64,000 bases of DNA from a virus, in IMG/VR virus record IMGVR_UViG_3300020020_000025. One strand, given 5' to 3'. The notes under the pieces are model-generated. The model was not told the origin of the DNA and searched no databases. It saw only the letters and a program-made list of their open reading frames with translations. Position 1 is the stretch's first letter. Every line of letters starts with the position of its first letter. Below are positions 16,343-23,978 of the stretch, piece after piece. The position numbers were made by a program, and so were the translations under genes.

Positions 16343-17627
16343 ACTCTTTCTCCTTGTCTTCCGTTATGCGCTTGAGGAAACTCTCCTTATGATCGTCCGA
16401 GAGGTCCCAGCCTATACCTGTGTGTTGGAGGCGATAGGCTGCCCGCAATGTCACCCCTGAGCCCAAGAAGGGGATTAGGATATGACTGCCGGGATCGAGG
16501 CACAGATTGAGTATCTCCTCCATAAGGACCAAGGGCTTCTCAGTGGGATGATCCTTCTTGGCCAGTGCTGGATAGTTGAAGACGTTGCCTCGTCCCTGTC
16601 GAGGTAGTTTGGGCTGGCCCTTGCGGGCCAAGAAGAATGGTTCATAAGCTGAGCCCAAGGTCGTCTCAGGAGCCGCTGTCTGACCTCCCATTTCGCCCTT
16701 GACCCAGACAGCCGGTATATCAGGCACGCCGAAGCCTACGTCACGCAAGGTTGTAAGAACCATGTGGTGCCAAGACATGCCGTACCAGAACACCGCAAAG
16801 GCGTTAGGTCGAAGACGATCGTAGACAAGAGTGCATAACTGCCTAAAAGCGACTGGGAAACCCTTGTTATCCCACTCGAAATACTGGTCCATTGGACTTC
16901 CATCGGTGTTCCTCGATTTGCGCTTATCTAGATCAACGCCATAAGGAGGATCAACCTCAGCGAAGTGAAAGAGATCACCTTTCATCTGGGTCATCTCTTG
17001 CATGGCATCACCTATTAGATAATGATCGCTGGCATAGTCGACAGCCCGCTTGATATGGTCAGGCACTAGATCTCGTGCCCGCTTTAGAGCAACCTTTTCC
17101 TCCAGCTTCTTTACGTCCTTCCATGCAGCATCTTCCGTTTCCATTTCCTCAAGGGCAAGTTCAGGAGCCTCCTCCATTGTCTTAGCAATTTCAAGGGCCC
17201 TATGAGTATTGCTCTTATCTCTCCCTACAAGAAGAGCATGTTTCTCCTTTGTCCATCCCTTGGGATTGGTCGTAGGTTCCCATTCCCCATATTGAGCTAT
17301 CTTCAGGTTCCATATCTTCAATTCTAGTTTAGCTCTTTCGTGCCATTCAAGATCTTTCCGAGCTACATTTTCAATCAACTCAATTTCAAGGCTATTCGCT
17401 TCGCCATTTATTGGACGTACTATAGCCTTAATAGTGTCTAGCCCAAGCAGTCGATGAGCGAGATACCGACGTTCACCGGCCACCAACTTAAGATCAGTAT
17501 CTAGCGTAATAGGTTGAATAAGGCCATGCTGCTTGATGGCTATTGCTAGACCTTCGATATCTCCCTTATCCTCGCGTGCTCGGTCTTTGACCTTTATTTG
17601 GTCAAGCCTGATCTCCTGTACCTGCAT
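16326..17627 (-). CDS. ParB-N domain / DNA methyltransferase (N6-A or N4-C, beta class) fusion
   Basis: GLIQPI...LVAGERR, ENVARKDL; DPPY motif IV; HPTEKP; PFLGSG motif I. Confidence 0.85.
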   Translation of the reverse strand: MQVQEIRLDQIKVKDRAREDKGDIEGLAIAIKQHGLIQPITLDTDLKLVAGERRYLAHRLLGLDTIKAIVRPINGEANSLEIELIENVARKDLEWHERAKLELKIWNLKIAQYGEWEPTTNPKGWTKEKHALLVGRDKSNTHRALEIAKTMEEAPELALEEMETEDAAWKDVKKLEEKVALKRARDLVPDHIKRAVDYASDHYLIGDAMQEMTQMKGDLFHFAEVDPPYGVDLDKRKSRNTDGSPMDQYFEWDNKGFPVAFRQLCTLVYDRLRPNAFAVFWYGMSWHHMVLTTLRDVGFGVPDIPAVWVKGEMGGQTAAPETTLGSAYEPFFLARKGQPKLPRQGRGNVFNYPALAKKDHPTEKPLVLMEEILNLCLDPGSHILIPFLGSGVTLRAAYRLQHTGIGWDLSDDHKESFLKRITEDKEKEYGRKT

Positions 17628-17874
17628 CGTCTCCCTCCAGCTCCCGTAGTAACGCTTCCATCTGTTCAGGCGTCATTTTGTCCAAGGCCTTCTTGGCTTT
17701 AGTCTTAGATGTATCTCCTCGTTTTATCCTTATCTTGGCCTCCTTTCTAGGACCCACCTTAGATATCCTGCGGTCAGCGCGTATCTGCCTTACGTGCTCC
17801 CGGAGCTCATCCAGGGTCATATCCTCGATGCTTTTACGAAGCCTATCCAGATGGCTCATTTTGCCTACTTTCAT
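17602..17874 (-). CDS. Small basic helical protein
   Basis: Overlaps ParB-MTase start; alternative start at 17859. Confidence 0.6.
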   Translation of the reverse strand: MKVGKMSHLDRLRKSIEDMTLDELREHVRQIRADRRISKVGPRKEAKIRIKRGDTSKTKAKKALDKMTPEQMEALLRELEGDDAGTGDQA

Positions 17875-17919
17875 GGGATTAAGAGGCCCCGTGTAATTTA
17901 CACGTAACCTCTTAATCCC
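17875..17919. promoter_or_regulatory. 45-bp imperfect palindrome (putative operator) overlapping a leftward sigma70-like promoter
   Basis: GGGATTAAGAGG-CCC-CGTGTAA-T-TTACACG-TAA-CCTCTTAATCCC; minus strand TTGACG(17924-17919)-18-TAAATT(17900-17895). Confidence 0.6.
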
Positions 17920-17924
17920 GTCAA

Positions 17925-18323
17925 TTAGCTCTTCAACCTTGGCAACTTCAGACGATTGTAGACGTTACCATCATCGCCCTCTTCCTGTCCCACAAAGCAT
18001 CGACCTGTCGCGCCCAGTAGATCGTCGGTGTTGAAGCCGCTGCCCTCGTGAGGGATGCCGAAGCATATCAGGAAACGCTTGATCTCCAGCAAGCGCATCT
18101 GGACCTGATCTTGAGGCGTGTTCTTGTCAGGATAGGTGATCCAGTGCCGAACGAGGGCTGCATTGGGCACCGCCGAGTCCTCGATCTTGATGTAGATCGT
18201 AGTCATTGGATTGCCCTTTTTGGACTCTCCATCCTCAGACTTAACGATCCTAAGATCATACTCGCCTTCAGGTGCGGCTTCTGGTTCCTTGGCATCGCCC
18301 AAGGCTGCTTGTACGAAAGGCAT
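17925..18323 (-). CDS. Single-stranded DNA-binding protein (DUF669-like OB fold)
   Basis: PEGEYDLRIV...SKKGNPM...F...DL.G...V..E...YN; adjacent to the Sak4-like ATPase. Confidence 0.65.
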   Translation of the reverse strand: MPFVQAALGDAKEPEAAPEGEYDLRIVKSEDGESKKGNPMTTIYIKIEDSAVPNAALVRHWITYPDKNTPQDQVQMRLLEIKRFLICFGIPHEGSGFNTDDLLGATGRCFVGQEEGDDGNVYNRLKLPRLKS

Positions 18324-18335
18324 TCTTGTTACTCC

Positions 18336-19199
18336 TTATTGTGCTTGCATTCTGTCGAATGCAGAAACCTTGGAGACCGAGCTTGGTCGTGTTCGAGGGT
18401 CTAGGAGTGCTCCTATTCCACCTTTTGCTAGGTCTCCAAAGCCAGTGATAGTTACATCCTCGATGGTTCGAAGCCCCTGGATGCTCGAACGAACATCCTG
18501 AAGCCCTCGAGGATCAGGTCTGGTTCTTACTTCATACTTTACCTGTCCTTTTTCGCCTTCACCTGTCTGAGCCAGCCAGACGTTGGTGAATAGAAGAGGG
18601 AGATATGACCTGGCTTTCCCCGGTAACATGATCTGCGTCTCCACCTTCTTCGTATGCTCGTCTTGGAAAGTGGATAAGTGGCAGGTTGCATAGAGGTTGA
18701 TCTGGAGCCCCGACAAGGAATTGAAAAGGTCTGTGAGCTTAGAACCGACCACCCTGTAGTCCCCAAGCTCTTCGATGTCCCCATAGCGGTTATTGATGTA
18801 GAGTTGGCGATCCATAGTGGCCTTGGTAAGAAAGGTAAGGCTATCCAGACATAGCCACTGATAATCCTTGAAGAATCCCTTTTCGACCTTCGCATTAAGA
18901 TCTTCAATCCAGTTCATATAGACATGAGGCTCTAACTTCTTCGTGCGGCCAGGCATAACATCAGACTTCGAGCCTTTGTTGAAGCCCTTAAGTGTGGCAT
19001 CCATCTCAAGGAAATCAGGGTAGAATTCCTCGTAGTCAACATCACATCCTTTCAGGGTCGATAGGGAGTTGGGATCGAAGATGTAGGCAAAGCGCTTGCC
19101 CGGCAGGGTCCATATCTGAGCACTCTTTCCAGTGCCAGTCCGCCCCGCAACAAGAATACGATGAAAGGGCTTAAGGTCCGCATCTTTGGCATTAGGCAT
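18336..19199 (-). CDS. Sak4-like / AAA_24 ATPase (recombination)
   Basis: Walker A GRTGTGKS, Walker B LCLDSLT, ATCH, LPGKA. Confidence 0.75.
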   Translation of the reverse strand: MPNAKDADLKPFHRILVAGRTGTGKSAQIWTLPGKRFAYIFDPNSLSTLKGCDVDYEEFYPDFLEMDATLKGFNKGSKSDVMPGRTKKLEPHVYMNWIEDLNAKVEKGFFKDYQWLCLDSLTFLTKATMDRQLYINNRYGDIEELGDYRVVGSKLTDLFNSLSGLQINLYATCHLSTFQDEHTKKVETQIMLPGKARSYLPLLFTNVWLAQTGEGEKGQVKYEVRTRPDPRGLQDVRSSIQGLRTIEDVTITGFGDLAKGGIGALLDPRTRPSSVSKVSAFDRMQAQ

Positions 19200-19441
19200 T
19201 ATTCCTGACCTCCTGTCTTAGTTATTGCCCTGACAGCCCACATAGCACTGTCCTGTAGTTGAGTTTTGGCCAGTGCCAGATCACGGCTCTTGCCGTACTT
19301 CTCCTCACAGCGCAACAGGGCATTCCAAACATTCTCATATAACATCTTGTAAGATGTCATATCTATCTTCTGCTGTCCATCTAACTCTCCATAGTCCCTG
19401 CGGAAGGGATCACCCTTCGGAATTGTCGATTTCTCTACCAT
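19199..19441 (-). CDS. acb2: Acb2-like cyclic-oligonucleotide sponge (anti-defence)
   Basis: YGELDGQQKIDMTSYK ... RDLALAKTQLQDSAMWAVRAI aligns by eye to the Acb2 YRDLSQEEIDMMNRVK ... [21 protein letters not shown] pattern (recalled from memory). Confidence 0.7.
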   Translation of the reverse strand: MVEKSTIPKGDPFRRDYGELDGQQKIDMTSYKMLYENVWNALLRCEEKYGKSRDLALAKTQLQDSAMWAVRAITKTGGQE

Positions 19442-20420
19442 CTGATATTCCTTCGATAGGTCCGATATGCTCGAGAGGGTCCCAGCGCTTGGCTGTGAAC
19501 CCAGCGGGAATAGGCTTGTCCTTGGGATTGGACCAAGCCTTGCAAAGGCCGAGATAGGCGCAGGCCGAGTTGAAATCCCAGCACGAATTAGTGTTCTTTG
19601 GAAAGGCCCGCAGATATGGATCGTTTGGGCTACATAGACTGGCCTGGGCCTTATTGAACTCGATCTGGTCTATCCAATCCCTGACCTCCCACAGCCAGCT
19701 ATCCAAGTGCTGCAACTGACGCTCAACAGGGATAAACATAAAGCCCTCGTCGTTCTTATGAACGAGGGCTGCGTCTACCCACACTCCTCCTACTTGGTCA
19801 GGGAACATCATATGTAAGGCATACAGATAGCCATCTACCTGCGCGTTGGGACTGAAGCTATCAAGGAAGGTTCCTCGGAATTTGCCTTCCTTGCGATAGG
19901 CTGTCGTAGTTTTATGCTCGATGCCGATGATCTTGCCCCGGCGCTTCACGATCTTGTCAATCTTGCCTACGTAAAATTTAGTAGGATCGTTGGCATCAAG
20001 CGGGACTGCGAAGGGGCGTTCAATAGCCAGCAACTCAAAGTCATCGCGGTTCTTCTTGCGATACTCGATATAAGCCACTATCATCTCGAGGCCCTGCGCC
20101 GGCGTCCGAGGGGAATACTCCTTCTCCGTTTCATAGTCAATTTCCTCAGGGGCAGGACCTCCCATCTTCATCCACTCGGCAACGAAGGCCCTATAAGCAG
20201 CCTTCGCCAGTGTTTCTACTGAAGGCATGATGGCAGGTGGCGTCATCGCTGCCCAGATGACCTCCATCGCAGAATGCCACGCTCCTCCGAATATGAGAGG
20301 CATCCGCTTACCATCAGGAGTCCAGTCCCTTACGTGTCGATAGTAGAAAAGCCTGGGACAGCGCTTGTAGTCAGAGAGGCGAGTGTTGTCGTAGAGCTTC
20401 AGTTTGTTTGCCATTGTCAT
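19410..20420 (-). CDS. Cas4/RecB-like PD-(D/E)XK exonuclease with Fe-S cysteines
   Basis: Start reassigned to 20420 (ATGA overlap); RCPR, GGAWH, GKID...EHKTT, QVDGY, C-x6-C-x5-C. Confidence 0.82.
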   Translation of the reverse strand: MTMANKLKLYDNTRLSDYKRCPRLFYYRHVRDWTPDGKRMPLIFGGAWHSAMEVIWAAMTPPAIMPSVETLAKAAYRAFVAEWMKMGGPAPEEIDYETEKEYSPRTPAQGLEMIVAYIEYRKKNRDDFELLAIERPFAVPLDANDPTKFYVGKIDKIVKRRGKIIGIEHKTTTAYRKEGKFRGTFLDSFSPNAQVDGYLYALHMMFPDQVGGVWVDAALVHKNDEGFMFIPVERQLQHLDSWLWEVRDWIDQIEFNKAQASLCSPNDPYLRAFPKNTNSCWDFNSACAYLGLCKAWSNPKDKPIPAGFTAKRWDPLEHIGPIEGISDGREIDNSEG

Positions 20421-20614
20421 CTCAATCCACGAAGGCGGCCTCCAAAGGTCTGCCATAGGATCAGCAGGGCAATCAGCAGAATAATCACCCAGATGATGTT
20501 CATGAGAGGTGGAGGGATAGCGATGCCCAACTGCCCTAGCACGTAGATTACCAGATATACCACACCTACTAGAAGGCATAGGTATATCAGCATCATGATT
20601 ACCTGCTCGACCAT
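20417..20614 (-). CDS. Small two-TM membrane protein
   Basis: Two hydrophobic helices separated by GIAIPPP; AAGGGA RBS. Confidence 0.7.
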   Translation of the reverse strand: MVEQVIMMLIYLCLLVGVVYLVIYVLGQLGIAIPPPLMNIIWVIILLIALLILWQTFGGRLRGLR

Positions 20615-20648
20615 TAGATATCCCTTCCCCTTAAGATCTGGTAATCAG

Positions 20649-20981
20649 TCAAGGACGCCCCCTACGACTAGCTAGTTCGAGGGCTTCCTTGCCAGTTACG
20701 TTGTGGGCTTCCAACAAGTAGCCACAGCCCTGCTTCTTGATGTCAGTTATTGTTGAACAGCGGTCGCAGGAACCCTGCATGTGGAAGTGGTTGGGAGTCT
20801 CGATCGTTAGTCGTTGGCCGCACCCTGAGCAGGTGAATTTCTGGTAGCACAACCTTCCCGCTTCCACGTGCTTCGTCACCTGCTCGATAACTACTTCCCA
20901 GGGAAGGTCCTTGGGAGGCCCCGGCGGGGCTGATATAATTAGGACGTTCTTCTTGTCTTCCTGCTGTGGCTTGTTTGTCAT
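20649..20981 (-). CDS. Zn-ribbon protein
   Basis: CSGC and CDRC pairs; GGAGG RBS. Confidence 0.65.
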   Translation of the reverse strand: MTNKPQQEDKKNVLIISAPPGPPKDLPWEVVIEQVTKHVEAGRLCYQKFTCSGCGQRLTIETPNHFHMQGSCDRCSTITDIKKQGCGYLLEAHNVTGKEALELASRRGRP

Positions 20982-21393
20982 TGTTACTTCCTCCGAAGAT
21001 TGTCAAGTAGCCTATCAGCATACCGATAGCCACCGTCGCTACTATTACGGCGTCTACTCGCTTTGCGGCTTTGGTGAACCCTTCTGTAATAGACCCTCCA
21101 GCTCCGGCAAGGATACGAGGGAACTCCCTAAAAACGCTCTTTCCTCCATTGGTACTTTTGAAATGGCTGTCAGCTTGTATAGCGATAAAGTTGACAGCCT
21201 CCTCCATGCTAGAGGCAGCATAAACGCCTATGCCAGGGATCACTGTGATAAAGCCTCCCTGATTGCACTGCATAATCGTAGGTTGGATCATGCGAGCGAC
21301 GCCCTTCATGGTAGCGCCACCAGGATTGTAATCGTGGAACTCCGCTTCAGGGACCGTCCCTTGAGGCTGCTCCGGCTGGTTCTGGTCTGTCAT
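20743..21393 (-). CDS. Hypothetical protein with a TM segment; 3' end overlaps next gene by 239 nt
   Basis: GAGGG RBS before ATG 21393; AVIVATVAIGMLIGYLTIF. Confidence 0.55.
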   Translation of the reverse strand: MTDQNQPEQPQGTVPEAEFHDYNPGGATMKGVARMIQPTIMQCNQGGFITVIPGIGVYAASSMEEAVNFIAIQADSHFKSTNGGKSVFREFPRILAGAGGSITEGFTKAAKRVDAVIVATVAIGMLIGYLTIFGGSNNDKQATAGRQEERPNYISPAGASQGPSLGSSYRAGDEARGSGKVVLPEIHLLRVRPTTNDRDSQPLPHAGFLRPLFNNN

Positions 21394-21727
21394 CCCTCGT
21401 CTCCACTTGGCTAAGGAGGATTGGCTTAGAGACATAGCGTCCCGAAGCTCCGTCGAAGATTAAATAGTTTACCCGTCCAAATCTATAGGCCAGGATACTA
21501 GCGGCCATTGCATTGACAGTAATAGGACCACTAATCAATAGATAATCGCCGGCTATAGCGTCCCTGAGCAGCTCGCCCACGCGCCGATAGACCGTATTTA
21601 GTTTCAGGATGTCCTGGGGTCCCTGAGTCAGGAAGACCAGCTCGCCGAACCGAGTGGCGTCGCTGAAGTCGTGATATGACTGGTTGGGGACGTAAACTTT
21701 AGGATGGCGTAGTTCTTGGAAGGGCAT
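21347..21727 (-). CDS. Small Rossmann-like alpha/beta protein
   Basis: AAGGAG RBS; KVYV-HDFSDA-GELVFL...DYLLISGP...VNYLIFD. Confidence 0.65.
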   Translation of the reverse strand: MPFQELRHPKVYVPNQSYHDFSDATRFGELVFLTQGPQDILKLNTVYRRVGELLRDAIAGDYLLISGPITVNAMAASILAYRFGRVNYLIFDGASGRYVSKPILLSQVETRDDRPEPAGAASRDGP

Positions 21728-21829
21728 CAGCGCCTTCTCCTTGTTATTGTATTGTAGAGGGAGACCAACCAAGAGAGCTGATCTGATCGGTCCCCCCTAA
21801 CCTGCAGGGGTGCGGGGGCGTCCCGCAGG

Positions 21830-22171
21830 CTAGTTGGCGCGTTCCCTGATCTCCTTGGCCAGCGCCTTGCGGTCAGCTGGAGACATTCGCGAGATTTCAT
21901 CGCGCGCACGCTCCAGTGGAGTCTTGCCTACCTTGCGGAGGCCCGGCTTCCACTCATTAACCGCAGTCTGAATTTCCTCCTGCGACTTACCATCATCGAG
22001 CATTCCTCGGATGTAGGACTGCAGGGCGATGATAATAGACCGACGGGCATGACTATAGACAATCTCAGACCCGTAGGTTTCAACCAGGCCATTAACGTCG
22101 TCGGGAGTATTCCAAGTGACTGATCCTGAGGGACCATTCACCCGTTCTGCTTTCACCTGCAACTCAGCCAT
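21830..22171 (-). CDS. Hypothetical helical protein
   Basis: GGAAGGAAG RBS before ATG 22171. Confidence 0.65.
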   Translation of the reverse strand: MAELQVKAERVNGPSGSVTWNTPDDVNGLVETYGSEIVYSHARRSIIIALQSYIRGMLDDGKSQEEIQTAVNEWKPGLRKVGKTPLERARDEISRMSPADRKALAKEIRERAN

Positions 22172-22252
22172 TTTCGTACTTCCTTCCTTTTCTGCAAGGC
22201 GTGCCCGCATGGCACAACCGCGCGGGCATATTGGACACATCAAGCGCCGTTG

Positions 22253-22558
22253 TCAACCAGAATTTTTCCTACCCATTATTAGATGGGGGTGACTTTCGTC
22301 ACCATTCAGGGTCTCAAGACGGAGCATGATGTTAGGGATAGACTCCTCTACTATTATTGCATAGTCGGGGATGTTCATCCTCAGTTCGGTAGCCCTAACC
22401 TCAATGCCTTCCATATCCTGGAATTGGTAGGGACGCATCTCCTGGACCCTAGTCATGTTGATGGCAACCTTCTCTCGGTCGTATCTCTTACGACCAAGAT
22501 AGGTAGTAGAAGTAAACGTGATGCTGTACTCAGTTAGTTCGAGGAACACTCGCTTCAT
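22253..22558 (-). CDS. Hypothetical beta-rich protein
   Basis: AAGGAG RBS before ATG 22558. Confidence 0.55.
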   Translation of the reverse strand: MKRVFLELTEYSITFTSTTYLGRKRYDREKVAINMTRVQEMRPYQFQDMEGIEVRATELRMNIPDYAIIVEESIPNIMLRLETLNGDESHPHLIMGRKNSG

Positions 22559-22778
22559 TGTTAGTCTCCTTGTAAGGCTTGTGAGGTGGAGGATTGAGAA
22601 GGGCCACACAGAGCGTACAGTATAGAAGCGAGGCCCAGAACACTCCTATATATAGACCTAATCCTAAGTCCATACCCATATTAGGTTTATCATTAGACCA
22701 GCCACCGCTACGACTGCTGGATCGACCTCCTTTATATGTAGAAAGGCCAACGCGACTAGCGCGATAGTTACGAGCCAT
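22530..22778 (-). CDS. Small membrane protein
   Basis: GGAGG RBS; one hydrophobic helix. Confidence 0.55.
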   Translation of the reverse strand: MARNYRASRVGLSTYKGGRSSSRSGGWSNDKPNMGMDLGLGLYIGVFWASLLYCTLCVALLNPPPHKPYKETNNEASVPRTN

Positions 22779-22794
22779 TGGAACCTCCTATGCA

Positions 22795-23028
22795 TCATTC
22801 ACCTTCTCCTGCCAGAGCTGCTACGATGATTACAACTGCAAGGAGGAAAGCCGAGGCTACGTAGAGCTCCTTGAAGCCTATCACAATGGCTGAGAAGTAT
22901 AGAAAGTGTAGCCATGCTCCTGCTCGAGTAATTGGCCGAACTAACCGAGGATGGTGATCTAGCCAATTACGGAACAGCTCTAATTCATAGCCAATCCACC
23001 TTGCCAATCTGCACACAGGACATGTCAT
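22795..23028 (-). CDS. Small two-TM membrane protein
   Basis: Two hydrophobic C-terminal segments; in series with neighbours. Confidence 0.5.
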   Translation of the reverse strand: MTCPVCRLARWIGYELELFRNWLDHHPRLVRPITRAGAWLHFLYFSAIVIGFKELYVASAFLLAVVIIVAALAGEGE

Positions 23029-23287
23029 CTTTGTTTCCTTGTTTTGGCTTAGATTCTAGATCCTTGAGTTTCATGTACTCCTGCTCATAGTAAACTATGA
23101 GGGCCATTGTGTCGGTCTCTTGGTTGATCTTGCTCTCGAAGGACCGTCTACTATCATTGATCTTTGCCAGTCCTGAGTCCTCGAAGTTCTTCACCCCTAC
23201 AACGCGAAGGACCTCCTCTAGCATGGCCTTGTAATGTTTGGAGACTATGGCTCTCAGATTAGCGTACTCGACTTGTTTCATTGTCAT
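22985..23287 (-). CDS. Hypothetical protein
   Basis: AAGGGAG RBS; ATGA-coupled to upstream gene. Confidence 0.6.
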   Translation of the reverse strand: MTMKQVEYANLRAIVSKHYKAMLEEVLRVVGVKNFEDSGLAKINDSRRSFESKINQETDTMALIVYYEQEYMKLKDLESKPKQGNKDDMSCVQIGKVDWL

Positions 23288-23487
23288 TCTCCCTTGGATC
23301 GAGCCCAGTCAGTTTTCTGGGCAGGCTGCTTACCGCTAGGTCTTATAGCTCGAACGACTTTGACCCATCTCACCAGGTCAAAGTCAACGCGATTGGACTT
23401 CTGTTTGAAGTTGTATGCCGAATAGGCCTTGAAAGCCTGGCCTATCTCGAGGTCTGTAGGAGGATCATTGTCTTTTGCCATGGTCAT
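23284..23487 (-). CDS. Hypothetical protein
   Basis: Start reassigned to 23487, downstream of the structured spacer. Confidence 0.5.
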   Translation of the reverse strand: MTMAKDNDPPTDLEIGQAFKAYSAYNFKQKSNRVDFDLVRWVKVVRAIRPSGKQPAQKTDWARSKGE

Positions 23488-23514
23488 TGTTCCGTTGTCG
23501 GAGGATCGATTACA

Positions 23515-23586
23515 GGGCCGTGGGATCGCACGGGGCGACTGCCGATGGGTGGGCAACGCGGCCCCATTAGCCGCGCCCCACGGCCC
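23515..23586 (-). ncRNA. Candidate structured RNA: four-way junction with complementary loops
   Basis: P1 GGGCCGUGGG/CCCACGGCCC, P2 GCGGC/GCCGC loop UAAUGGG, P3 UGCC/GGCA loop CACCCAUC, P4 UCGC/GCGA; intergenic. Confidence 0.5.
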
Positions 23587-23597
23587 ATTCCAGGGCG

Positions 23598-23837
23598 CTA
23601 CGGTGAGGGTGGCGGGGACGATCCCCCGCCCTCCGTTCCGTTGTTCGTGACAGCCTCAATTAGGGCATCCTTGTTGGTATTAAGAGCGCCAATGGTCTCA
23701 TCTACAGCGCCAAAGAGTGGGTTATCCTCTTGATCTTCTCCTTCCATCTCGTCATAGATTTCCTGCAGCTCACTAGCCAGTGTGCTCATAGATTCAGCGA
23801 TACGCTTGATCTGAGTAGTACGCGCTTCAGTAGCCAT
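23598..23837 (-). CDS. Small acidic protein
   Basis: AGGAG RBS before ATG 23837. Confidence 0.6.
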   Translation of the reverse strand: MATEARTTQIKRIAESMSTLASELQEIYDEMEGEDQEDNPLFGAVDETIGALNTNKDALIEAVTNNGTEGGGSSPPPSP

Positions 23838-23978
23838 TCCCGTTCTCCTATGATTTGAAAGTGACCGGGGTTCCACCGGCCTCAAGGTGTGGCTACCTCT
23901 TTGTGCCATCTTGGAATGGAGACACCAGCATCCCGATCACGTCAGTAGAACCCACAGACCGGCTCGGGGTCTCGATGG

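Larger units (their letters stand above)
1..17606. repeat. First copy of the segment re-read at 46395-64000 (circular wrap-around, period 46,394 nt)
   Basis: Position 1 GGTAGAACTGATATAAAC recurs at 46395; ORFs recur at +46394 with identical translations. Confidence 0.97.

Noticed and set aside
17875-17919. CtrA box or protelomerase target
   Set aside because: No TTAA-N7-TTAA spacing, and no protelomerase or tyrosine recombinase gene seen in the genome.
21790-21835. HDV-like ribozyme (7-bp helix starting with a G-U pair)
   Set aside because: Only 17 nt between the P1 strands and no P3/L3/P1.1 arrangement.
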